In this document: piece by piece, positions 36,671 through 48,637 of the stretch
How positions within the stretch are numbered: the stretch's first letter is position 1
How the letters are laid out: every line of letters begins with the position of its first letter
Assembly: GCA_965112735.1 (NCBI GenBank)
Contig: OZ218955.1
Location: forward strand, 434,001-498,000
Length of the DNA stretch: 64,000 nucleotides
DNA from: Phaeosaccion multiseriatum
Lineage: Eukaryota; Protista; Ochrophyta, other classes
Direction of reading: 5' to 3'
Made by a program: the position numbers and the translations under genes
Notes under the pieces: model-generated
What the model was told of the DNA's origin: nothing
What the model saw: the letters and a program-made list of their open reading frames with translations, nothing else
The model's database searches: none

Positions 36671-38890
36671 ATGCCCTGCTGCGGCAGGAGCCGGAGCGGC
36701 AGGAGTAAGTTGATCGGAGCAACATCAGCATCGTCCCTCTGTGGTTTTGTCCTAATCACCATCCTATTCACCAGCGGTGCACTTGTCAGAGCTGCTCTTG
36801 TCCATGGCGGTGCCCCCCACACGGCAGCGGCGGGGAGAGACCTCCAGGGGGGACACAACTCTTCCGTGCTTGAGCTTCACAGCGCGACGCTGTCCCACCG
36901 GCCGACGAAGCGACTCCTTACATCACGGCCGCGCATTCTCTCCAACCCACATCATCCTTCAGCCTCGGCGCTTTCCAGCAGTGCTGATGACGACGACGCA
37001 GGAGAGGGGGCGCTGGCAACGTATGAAGCCATAATCGTGGGCTCCGGGGCGGGGTTTGGCTTCGGAGTGGCTCTCATCATACTCGTGCTGTTGATTTGCA
37101 AGCTGAGCTTCGTTCGGAAGTACCTCGAGGGGCACTGCGGGTAAGATGGCGTTCGGAGGGAGGGAGGGAGGGAGGGAAGGGAGGAGACTGGTAGCTTGAG
37201 GATGGCAGTGGATGGCCGTGTAGTTGGGTCTGGTCTGAGAACGGCCAGGCTGAGGAAGCTTAGGGACCACTCACGGACTGCCGCTTATTCCAATCGATCC
37301 ACGTGGGACGGCTCTGCATGCACTGATGGGTTCCAATCTGGCTCTCTCAAGGATGCACCCACCCCGTTCCTGCTCACTCGACCCTTCCTCCCGGGCACAA
37401 ACTCAGTTCTCGTCTTCGTCCTCCCCCTCTTCGTCCTCTTCATCCTCTTCATGCGTGTGGTTCCTTTCCCCCCCACCCCACCCTCCCACACCAGAACATG
37501 TGTCACTGTGACACGCTGTATCAGGTTCGGGGAGGGCGGAGTGTCACAAGATGACGAGGAAGGGGGGTCGGAAGACGTTGAAAACAGGGGCAAGAAGGGT
37601 GGAAAGGAAGGGGATGCCATTGCTCAGGGCAGCGGCAAAGGAGTCGATGCACACGGCCCTGATGGGTGGGGGAATAAGAGCGGAATTGCGTCGGGTCCAG
37701 CACCGATACCGAAAGCGAGAGGCAAGAAAGAAGGGGTCGGGCCAAAGAGAGGAGACACCAGCGAAAGCCTCGCTAGAGAGGTGGCGAAGCACTACGCGCG
37801 AAGGGGAAGCGCAGTCGACCGAAGCCAGCGCCACCACCACCGACAAGCAAACGTTCTGTTCAACGAGGGGAGTGGGGAGGGGGAGGAGGGAGAGGGTTCG
37901 GGGGGGGGGAGGCAGCGACCTCTCCAAGGGAACTCGCAGCGGCAGCCAAGAAGAGCAGTGCATCCTTCTTTTCGCGGACAAGCCTTAGCATCAAGGTGAG
38001 AGTGAATAAGAGGAGCGAGTGAAGGTCGGGTCAGGTCGGAGATCAACAGGGTCTCAATCCAGGAGAGGGAGAGGGAGAGGGAGAGGGAGAAGGAGAGGGA
38101 GAGGGAGAGGGAGAAGGAGAGGGAGAGGGAGAGGGAGAGGGAGAGGGAGAGGGAGACAGAAACGGAAAAAGAGACGGAGAGGATAATGGGAGCGAACGCC
38201 GCCGCAGCAGGGGATGAATGAGGCGGGAATCATCGAATCAATCTGTCTTGCTTGATTCCTTCCTTGTGTCTCGGATGCTGTGCTGCTCACAAGCACCTTC
38301 CATCCCCTCTTCCCTCTCACTCTTACTCTCAAATCGCTTTCCCCTCCTTCCCGCTGCCTCTCCCTCTCCCTCTCCTCTACCCTGCTCTCGCCTGCCTATA
38401 TCCACACTATCTACGCAATGACGCTCCTTGTCATCCTCTACCATCCGCTGGCATCTCCCCCCTTCTCCTCTTCCTTGGTGCTCACTCTGTCTCCCCTCCC
38501 CCCCCCCCGCCCCGCCCCACCGCCGCCCCTGAGAAAAGAAAGCAAAGCAAAGTAGTGCCGAGTCCCCCCCCGGCAAGAAGCAAGGCGTGAAAGTGCACGC
38601 TATGGCCCACACGCACTACAAAGACGTGCTGGATCCGCAGGTGAGCCTTGCAAGGCTTGACAGAGTGTCTGGATGACCAACTGCTGTGGCTCTGCGTAGG
38701 CGGGAGCAGCGCAGCTACCACCTTTGCATCTGCTGCTGCTGTGCTGCTGCTGCTGCTGAGCTACATTGCACTACTTCTGACGGTGCTGCTGACCCTGCTG
38801 CTGACCCTGACCTATGCAATGCCTGTGCTGCTGCCGCAGATGCTCCAAGACCTGCACGAGTCCGATGACGACTCGGAATCCCTCCTCTGA
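36671..38890 (+). CDS. Hypothetical type I / signal-anchor membrane protein, 4 exons
   Basis: Tentative exons 36671-37140, 37525-37995, 38556-38640, 38840-38890, phase-consistent GT-AG. Hydrophobic segments LCGFVLITILFTSGALV and IIVGSGAGFGFGVALIILVLLIC; acidic dileucine-like C-terminus ESDDDSESLL. Confidence 0.55.
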
Positions 38891-39585
38891 GGTCATCTGG
38901 GGACCCACTCAGTCCCACTTTGTAGGACCCTCTTAGTCGCACTTTCTTGGCTGCTAAGTGCTGTTGCTGCCGCTCCCACTAGAACGTTAACTAAGAATAT
39001 CATCCAATGTTTCATGAACTGGAAAGGGTTCAAAAAGAAGTAGGGGGGCAGATCACAACTGGCACCGACTTACAACAGCCGCCTTAGGCCTGAATAGAGG
39101 CCGAGGGCCTAGTTCGGGCCCTCTCTAGCTATCTAGGCCGGATTTTTTTTCAAAATAGGCCTACTGGGCCGCTAGGCGTGTCTGGCAGACACTGCTCAGC
39201 TAACAAGGCCACACCGATAAAATTAGTTGGAAAGCGTCGCGGTGGTGGAAATTTTTTGGCCGCCGATAAACCTTAGAGGGCGAAAAAACCGTAGAAAGGC
39301 CTCTGAGTGGGCTGAGAGAGGGCCTTGGGTCGTGTACAGTAGCAGCAGAGAAGAAATTCCTCGACTCTGAAAACAGGGTTCACCAGTAATCAATTCGAAT
39401 TTCAATTTTTAAGCAGGCAAGGGCGGGAACCTTCATTTTCGAGAGGGGAGAGTGCGGCCTTTCACCTCAGCAAATGCGATACGACCGTTCGACGTGTAAT
39501 TACATATTCTTTACACACTTGACTTGAGTCTTCAGAACAACGAAACATTAACTTCTGTAATACTTACATTCCCCCCCCCGCCCAC

Positions 39586-41157
39586 CTACAACAAAAGCAA
39601 ACCACTTGCGCACCCGCGGGCCACACACGGGGGGGGAGAGGAGGGGCGGGAGCACGGCGATGGAGGGTGAGAGTTGAAGTTGAGGCTGAGGGGAGTGGGG
39701 TTCGCACTCGGACTACTGGCCCCCAATGCGTATGTGGGAGCGGTGGTGGTGGTGAGGGTGAGCTGAGCGAGGCTCTGAGCGATGGCTCTCGGGAGGGGGT
39801 CCCAACCAGGACCAGCAGAGGATACCCAATGAGGCCCTACTGCTACTGCTGCTGCTGCTGCGGTACCGACAACGGCACAGGGATCTCCACTCCCCCCTCC
39901 ATCCTTGCATGGGCCAAGGCCACCACCGCCACCACCACCGCCACCGTTAGCTGCCATCCCACCAGCGCCACAGGAACGCTTGGTGGGAAGAGCAGAACGG
40001 GCCCCTCCTCCAGGGACCGTGATGATGTCCACGCGTCTCCTCCGTCTCCGTCTGGAGGAAGAGGTAGAGGAAAAGGGCTGGCGACGGCGGTCCTGGTCCT
40101 GGTCCTCCTCCTCCTGCTGTTGCTGCTGAATCACCAACTGCTGCAGGTCCTGCATTGCCGCCTGATGCCTCTCCCGCAGAAGCCGTATCACGCGGGCCTC
40201 CTCCTCGCGCGTAAACCCCGCCGCCGTCGGATCGGCACACACCCTCCCCCTCCTCCTCGTCCCCAGGCCGCGCCCACTTCTTTCACTATTGCTGCCCATA
40301 TGACTGCTGCTGCTGCTGTTGCTGTCGTCGCTGCTGCTCGGACCATCATCGCTGGTCTCAGCACTGTTGCTTCCCTTCTCCGTCGTTTCTGTCCTCCTCG
40401 CTGCCTTTCCTCCTCCTTCTCGTGCCGCTCTTCGTCCTCGTGGTGGTGGTGACACTGACTCTCTTCCCTCCTTTTCTTCCTCCTCCCCTCGTCCCATCCT
40501 CCTCTCCAGTGCCGTCCCCTTCTCTGTCCCTGTCCACGACTGTAGCAGCGCTGGCGATGATGAAGCGGCTGTTAGACCGCCTCTCATACAGCTTCCAGTG
40601 GGAGTAGTTGGTGACACAGCGGTCGTAGGAGCAGCAGCAGCAGTAGCAATTGGTGATAGAGGAACATCGAGGTCTGATCCCCCCTCTTTGCTGTACACGG
40701 AGGATTCGAACGCCCGGAGCCTCGGGTGCACATGCCTGAGATTGTCGATTCGGGGAGAGCGAGGGAAAGTCCGCCGAGGCAGCCACTCCTCCTCGCCCCC
40801 CCCGGGACCCCCTATCCCCCTGGGGACACCTCTTGACCAGGGATCAGGAACCCTTCTATTATTCTTCCCCGTCCTCTGCCGAACCATCAGCCCCCCCCCT
40901 CTGGCGGCATCGTCTGTATCACCACCCCCTGCTCCTCCTCCCCCTCCCTGATGTCTCTTGAAACGCCATCTCCTGACCCCGTCCTTGTGTACCCTGCTTA
41001 GGGCCCCAAGGAGCTTGCTGAGGAAACCTTCGTACGCCGCTGCGGTGATGCTGTCGGCCCACGCGTCGGCGGCCTACGTGGGTGGGAAGGTAGTAAGTCA
41101 ATGGGTGCGGTACGTGGATGGGTGCGGTACAGGAGAGAGGATAGAGATGGAGAGAGG

Positions 41158-41198
<41 letters not shown>

Positions 41199-43979
41199 GG
41201 AGGGGGAGAGAGAGGGAGGGAGGGAGGGAGAATAAAAGAGAGAGTGGGGTGGAGAGAGGGCGGGGTGGAGAGAGAGGAAGAGAGGGAGACAGAGAGAGGG
41301 TCGGTTAGGGTGGGGATCGACAAGAGAGCGTGCATGGTCTGGGAAGGGGGAGGGGAGGGGGAGGGGAAAGTACCGCCACCAATTAACGTAGCAGCACGTA
41401 AGTAACATTGTAAGTAAGTACCTGAAAGAGGGCGTTGTAGAAGCGGCTCCGATTGAGGAAGGCGTGGCCCTGCGAATCTCCGATCCACTCCTGAGCAATG
41501 CAATGAGCAATGCAATGCAAAGCAAAGCGAAGGGTTCAACTTTTGTTCTTCTCCGAAATATACCGACACACACACGTATCGTTTGTCCTCCTGCCTCTGC
41601 TTTCTCCCTCCATCCCCATACGCCGCCACCCACCCACCAACCCACCCACGCACGCACCCACCCACGCACACACGCACACCTACCTGCTTGGCGACTGTCA
41701 AGGCCCTCCGGAGCACGAACATCTCCTTCGGCGTTACGACTCTCTGCATGCGCACACTCAGGGCCACGTACTCACTCTGATCGAGCTTTCCGTTGCCATC
41801 GGAGTCCACAAGCCGCCAAAAGTCGTGTAAGATGTGCTGAAGGAGGGGCTCGAACTTGAGGCTCTCGCGCTTCAAGAGGTTCATGTCGCTGAGGTGCGGT
41901 TAGTTGGGCGGGAGAGGGGCGCGGGCGGTGCGGGGTGAGTAGAGACATAAGGGGTAGGGTAGAGGTGTATGAGCGGGGTAGAGGGGAGGAGAGGAGAGGG
42001 CAAGGCAGTCAGAGCAGAGCAGAGCAGCGTAGAGCAGAGCGGTTGCAGGCATTGAATGAGAGAGAAGGTAGACACAAGAGAGGGACAGGGAGAGAGAGAG
42101 GCATTGAAAGAGAGAGAAGGTAGACACAAGAGAGGGACAGAGAGAGAGAGAGGCATTGAATGAGAGAGAAGGTAGACACAAGAGAGGGACAGAGAGAGAG
42201 AGGCATTGAAAGAGAGAGAAGGTAGACACAAGAGAGGGACAGGGAGAGAGAGAGAGAGGGATGCGCCTACCTGAATGGGTCTTCCAGCATCTCCTCCCGC
42301 GTGTACTCTTTCAGGGCGGCGAAGTCCAGTCCTTCTCTATCCCTAGGATGCTGCAGGTGATGAGGGTGGCCACCAATCTCACTCGGTGAAGATGGCCGCC
42401 CGCGGCCTGCCCCTGCCCCCGCCCAGCCCTCCTTCTCTTCCTTCTCCTCCTCTGCTGCTGTGTTGACGCCTGCAGGATCAAAGTACGCGCGTAGGTCGCG
42501 CAGGAGGGTGAAGCGATGGACGGAGGGATCGAACACAGGAGGCAGTGACTTATACCGCCTTCTTCTTCTCCTCCTCCTCCTCCTCCTCCCAGCCCCTGCC
42601 ATTTGTCTTTTCCTCTTGCTGCTCCCCCTCACTGCCTCGTCGCGTCTTCCTCTGTCCGTGTTCCTTACACCCCGACTCGGAACCAATCGCTGACGTTCAA
42701 TGTCTGGGGTAGGCTTGCTCATTGTCGGTCCCTCTGCATCCCTCCTCCCTCCTCCTCCTCCTCCTCCTCCTCCTGTTGCTGCTGCCCCTGCTGGTACCGG
42801 AACCCTTTCCGACCCGGGGGCATACCCTCGCCAGAACACCGCCGGACAAGAGGACTCTCGCCGATTGAGCAGCTTGCACTTCAAACCCCGCTCCCTCGCC
42901 CCCTTTCCTTCTCCTCCTATATCTGCTAATGCCTCGGCTGTCAGCCGAGCGAGCTCGGCAGCAGACACTCCCATCTGCCGGGCCCTTGCGAGCGGGTCCA
43001 GGTAAGACGTCCTACGCATTTGCCGAAGGAGGTCCTGCCGGAAGTCCGGCTTGTAAAACTCGCCCATGGAAAGGCCTCTGCGCATCACATCCGCAGGGAT
43101 AGATTCATCATCCTCCTCATCCCCCTCGTCCTCCTCCTCCTCCTCCTGCTCCTCCTCTTGCTCCTCCTCCTGCTCCTGCTCCTTCTCCTTCTCGTTCTCC
43201 TCCTCCTCCTCGCCGTTGTTGTTGTCGCTCCCTATCTCTGGTACTTTCCTTACCACTCTACCCTCCGCTCCTCTGACGGCTCCTCCGACCAATCTTCCCG
43301 TCCCTCCTCCCCTCACGCCTCGCTTCTGCTGCACCGTCTTGGCCCTATGGAGGCCTGTCTTGTCAAGACGACTGCGGTCCACCCGTCGACCCCCACTAGG
43401 ACATAGCACCGAGCGAGAAGGCCGCCCTTCTCTTCTTTCCACCACCATAGGGCCAGCAGTAGTCGTACCCACTGGCTCTGATGACATAGGTCTGCGCTTC
43501 AGTGTGGGCACGGAAGAGGAAGAGGCCAAGCCCATCCCCCGGCCTGTTCGGATCGCCCGGAGGGTAGAGAAAGAGCAATGGCGATTTGTAGGAGTAGGAG
43601 TCGCAGCGACCCAGCCTTGCTGCGGTCGAGCGGCACTGCTGCCTCCCGTCGCGGACCACATCGTGTAGCTTGGGGCAGCAACAGTTGGTGATACAGCAGC
43701 AGCAGAGCTCCGGGTTGTCCTCCTCGACGTTGCTGCTGATACTGATGCGCGCCCGCCTTTGTCTCTACTTTTCCCTCGCAACTTTCCGGACTTTGATGAC
43801 CTCTTGTCGGTGCCAGTAGTACCCGCAGTAGCACCAGCAGGAGTAGCATCAGCCTCCTTGTCTCGCTCTGCTTTGGCCTTCTTGGCCTTTCGCAGGACTC
43901 CCACGGCTCGGCTCAGAGTGGCGGCGACCTTCAGGTCATTGAGCTTGACCACATCGTCCCTCTTACCCAGGAACACCAT
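39586..43979 (-). CDS. EF-hand domain protein of unknown function, 4 exons
   Basis: Exons 43979-42271, 41888-41684, 41490-41422, 41073-39586. Canonical EF loop DSDGNGKLDQSEY, then EWIGDSQGHAFLNRSRFYNALFQAADAWADSITAAAYEGFL. The rest is low complexity. Confidence 0.75.
42048..42258. repeat. 50-52-bp intronic minisatellite, 4 copies
   Basis: ggcattgaa(a/t)gagagagaaggtagacacaagagagggacag(g/a)gagagagaga at 42048, 42100, 42152 and 42202. Confidence 0.9.
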
Positions 43980-44858
43980 CCTTGCCACGCGTTCCCTAGC
44001 CTATCACGCTCGATCTTGCCAAATCCCTCCCTCCAAACCTTCCTTCTTTCATTGAGACACTAATGGGCGACATCCTGGTTTATCATTGGATTCTCCTGCT
44101 CCTCCTCCTCCTCCTGCGCCAGTGAGACGGTGGTCGTGCCATTCACGTCTGGAGAGAGCAATGCCTCTCCAGAAGGATGGGGTTAGAGGTGGGGCGGTTA
44201 GGCTGAGTGTGAGTTTCAGGTGTGGCCGGACCGAGGCCCAGAACAACAAAGGAAAGGGAGAGCCTCCACTTAAAGCACCCCACTACTACCCTTTAGTCCC
44301 GCAGGTGGTGTGTAGGACGTCCAGCTCGCCACAGGGACTCCGCTCATCCTGCCTTGTCAAGAAAGGCAGACATTCCCTCCGCGTTAGGTTCTTATCGTTC
44401 TTCAGTGCGGGCTTTGGTGGAGCAGGTGCATTGGCGCGGAGTTCTCACTTCCGACCAAGGAAGCGGTGATACCGCAGGCGGCTGCCGGCTGTGGAAATTG
44501 GGAACCTTCCTCTTTCTTCTTCTTTCGGCACGACCCTGTGGGACCGCCTCCTGTGGGGGGGGAGGGTGTGGGGATTTGATTTGCCATCATCGCCACCTCG
44601 ATAGCGGCTTCCAGAGCAGGGGAGGGAACTGAAATCACCATCAGTGGGGGGGAGGACAGCAGATACACAGCTATCAATATCAAGCAAACCTTCCTTGCCA
44701 CGTGGAAGGAAGTATCGGACACTGATCAAGAGTCGCACCTAGGGTCTGAGGCGGAGGAGGAACGTCCACGACCGCAGAAGAGGCTCGTAAAGAGCAGGGG
44801 CATATATCATAGAGAATAGACTCGTGGCGCTTGGTAGCGCAGTGCGGGAGGGGGAGAC

Positions 44859-47800
44859 ATGGATCGGTCAACGCTGGCCAAGGCCACGTCTCCAGATGAC
44901 TCGCCCACCCCCGGCTATCTCTATGGCGAGATTGCCGGAATGACGAGGACGAGCTACGAGGACAGCGAGAAGGTGCGGGCCTATCTGCTGGACAGGCTCA
45001 AGAAGAACAACCCCAACGTCAAGTACAAGACTCTCGTGGTCATAAAGGTGAGTGAGTGAGTGAGTGAGTGAGTGAGTGAGTGAGGGTGAGTGTGTGTTTG
45101 AGGGAGAGAGAGAGGAGAGAGGGAGAGGAAAGAGAGAGCGAGGCAATAGGGTTTTCCTCCTTCGTAGGGAACGGGGACATCCCCTCCTGCCCTGACGACT
45201 TTTTAGGCGTGTGCAAGCACGTTCTGAGCGCTAAAGCGCTACCCCCCTCGTCCACCTGCCCTTCTCCCACCCCCCCCGCCTCTGTCGCTCCGTGTGTGTT
45301 CTTGTCTTCACCCTTCCCGTGTACGCGATACTCCTCACTGCTTGTTACGCCCCGCCCCCCCACAGCACGTGTGTACGAAAGGAGTGGCAGACTTCAAGAA
45401 AGAGCTCCGCAGAGACAATGGCGAGATCAAAGCGTGTCTGAGCTACACCGGTCCTCCCGACCCTCTCAAGGGGGACGCGGTTTATAGTCGGGTAAGAGAA
45501 GCGGCCAAGGCAGCCATGGAAGTATTGTACAGCGACGAGGATGGCATTGGAGGTGGGGGGGCAGGAGGAGGAGGAGGAGGAGGTGGAGGTGGGGGCGGGG
45601 CGAGAATGGGCAACCGAATCGAGGGGTTTGGCACCATTTCTGCAGAGGAGCTGGCATCGCAGCAGGCCAAGGCAGCCACGCTGGCGGGCATCGGAGGCAC
45701 CATTGGGGCGGGAATCTCCTCGGGCATTGGAATGGCCAAGGGCTGGGCGACAGGGACGGGGGGGGGCGGCGGCTCAAGAGGAGGAGGGCGAGGAGGAGGA
45801 GGAGGAGGGGGGGGTTATCATCGCAGCAACGGAGCGAGTTTTGGTAGCAACTCCTCCATGAACGGTTTCGGAAATTACGCGCCAGAGGATGAGAGGTCGT
45901 GGGTGGCGAAGGGCGTCGCTGCCTCGGTGGGAGGCGTGATGAACCGGATTGCACCGCGGTTTGCAAAGGAGCGAAATGGCACGGATCTGCTTCGTCAGGG
46001 TGGGGGGCCAGGGACGGGTATGGGGGGGGGAGGAGGAGGAGGAGGAGGCGGCGGCGAGTCCCAGGGGGGCTACGGGCAAAACTTTTACAACAACCGATCA
46101 GGGCCATCTATGGACGGGTCTGCCTCGCGCGGTGGCGGTTACGGAATCGCGCCCATTGGGGGAGGGCACGGGTCGGGGTACAGTGGGAGTGGGGCGAGCA
46201 GCAGCTACCCGTCTTACTCGGCAGGTAGGGGTGGGGGTGGGGGTGGTGGAAGGGAGGAGCGAATGTCTTCATACAGTGATGCCAAGCGAGAGCAGTCAGA
46301 GGCTTTGCAGTGGAGCTCAGGAGGGGGAGGGGGAGGAGGAGGAGAAGATGGGGCTCCGAGTCGGGAAGGGGCCTCAGCAGCCCCGGGGGGGCGAGCGGCA
46401 GGGGAGGTCGGGGGCATGTGGTCACGGCAGTCGCAGGGAGATGGGCGGGAAGGAAGTGGAGGAAGAGGAGGAGGTGGAGGAGGGGGGGGGGGCGGGGACG
46501 GGAGAGGAGGGGGAGGGCAAGGTATTGCAGCAACACCTCCTCCACCTCCTGGTCAGACGGGAGCGGGCATCAGCGACGGGTCCTACGAGGCGAGATTAGT
46601 GCTCAAGCTGTGCGGTCCCGGAGGCACCAAGGCCAATCCTCCCGCTGCGGATGTGGAGACCTTCCTGCAGGCCGCAAGGAGCCTGGATGTGGAACGTGTG
46701 TGCTCCGTACTGTTCGGACTCACCGTTGGCGACGACTGGCGGGTGCAGAGCAAAGCCCTGGTGGTCATGAGCGAGCTGGCGGCCAGGGGGGAGTCGGACT
46801 CAGGCTCGTCGCTCTCTTACAGGGACTATTTGGAAGATCTTGTGGATGATTTGCAGCCACTGTGCTGCGCGAGTAAGGCGGCTGTCAGAGACAAGGCGGT
46901 GAAGCTCATTGGTCAGCTGGGGTACGAGCCGGACTACGAGGCTGGCAAGGCGGGTGCGGGGGAGCAGCAGGATGTAGTAGGGGCGGGAGAGAGAGGGGCC
47001 GAGGAAGCAGATGCGCAACCCTCTCCCCCTGCAGAGGAAGTCGACTTGCTGGGGGGGCTCGACGACTCTCCGGATGAGGGGGGGGCAGCAGCAGCAGCAG
47101 CAGTTGGTGATACGGCAAGGTCTGGCTTTGACTTGCTTGGAGGGGGGGGCGCGTCGTCTAGCGGCGGTGGTGTTGTCCCTCCTCAGCAGCCCGGGGGGGT
47201 GAAAGATGGCAGTGGAGGGGATGACCTGTTCGGTGGGCTGGACGTAAAGGAGGAGAAGGCAGCCCACGCAACGGAGGCAGGAGCAGTGGTGGCCACACTT
47301 GGGTCCGGCAGGGGGCCCACAGAGGAGCCCACTCATAGCTTGCTGGGAGACGCCGACGGCTCTGTACTCCTACCCGGAACGGGGTCAGGATCAGGGTCAG
47401 AGGCAGGAGGGTCATCAGGATTCTCGTTTATGCAATCTGCGGGGGCGGCGAATGGAGGAGACGGGGAGGGTGGGGGGGCTGCCACGGCAAGTGCAGGAGC
47501 AGCACGAGTTGGTGATACAGCAGCAACTGCAGGCCTCAGTACTACTGGTGGTGGTGGTGGTGGTGGGGGTGCTGGGCTGGACCTCATGTCGGGGCAGAAA
47601 TCTGTGGACATCCTCACTGCCACTGAGACGTTGCCGCTGTCCAGGGGCGCATCAGGAGTAGTCGACTTTGATCCCTACCCGACTGTGCGAAAGGTGGGTG
47701 CTGAAGTTTGGGGTGCCAAAGTTGGGTCCCATGGGGGGGGAGGAGGGGGGCGGAATGGTAATAGAGGTAGTGAGTGGGTGAGTGAGAGAGTGAGTGAGTG

Positions 47801-48462
47801 TGTGCGTGGATGAATGACTGAGTGAGTATGTGAGTGCGTGCGTGCGTGAGTGAGCGTGTGAATAAGATAGTGAGGTTGTGAGGCAGCAAGGAAGGGCGAG
47901 AGGGAGAGAGTGAGTATCTACTAACCTCTGTCTGTCTCTCTCTGTCTGTCTGGTCCAGAACCCTTCGCAGTCGGCAGCACTTGGAGGAGGAGGAGGAGGA
48001 GGAGGCGCTGTTGCGAACGGCCATCACCACCACCACGACCAGCAGCAGCAGAATGGGCATCCTCAGCAGGCCGTGAGTGCCCAAATGCAGGCGCTGCAGC
48101 AGCAAAACATGCTCCTGCAACAGCAGATGCAGCGTTTGATGATGCAGCAGCAGGGGGGCGGCGTCGGCGGCGGTGGTCAGATGATGACACAGCAGCATCA
48201 ACAACACCAACACCATCAGCAGCAGAATGTCATGATGCAGCAGATGCAGCAGACGCAGCAGAGGAGCGGCGGTATGGGCATGGGCATGCCGTCAAATTCA
48301 AACTCAAACTCGTTCAGCATCCCTGACCTCAGCCGGAGTAGCAGTGGCACTGGGTCGGCAGCAGCAGCAGCAGCAGCAACAACAGCAGTGGGCGGTGGTG
48401 GTGGCGGTGATGACAGCTTTTCCTTCGTGAAGGACGCTCTGGCTCTGAAGGTCGCCAAGTGA
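44859..48462 (+). CDS. TEPSIN: Tepsin (AP-4 accessory ENTH/VHS protein), 3 exons
   Basis: Exons 44859-45047, 45366-47693, 47959-48462. tENTH: KATSPDDSPTPGYLYGEI...VKYKTLVVIK...GPPDPLKGD...VREAAK. tVHS-like: YEARLV...PGG...FL...WRVQSKAL. Confidence 0.9.
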
Positions 48463-48637
48463 GCAGGAGGGGAGCACCTCTGAAGGTCGCCAAGGAGCAG
48501 GAAGTGAGTAGGAGGGGAGGACCCGTGAAACGGCCCCTTTTGCTTTGCTTGACTTCGAAACGCAAAACATTCACCCTCCTTCCGTACTCAAAATTTTACT
48601 TAATTTTAATTCCCCTCTTTTTCAGGGGGGCATGCTG

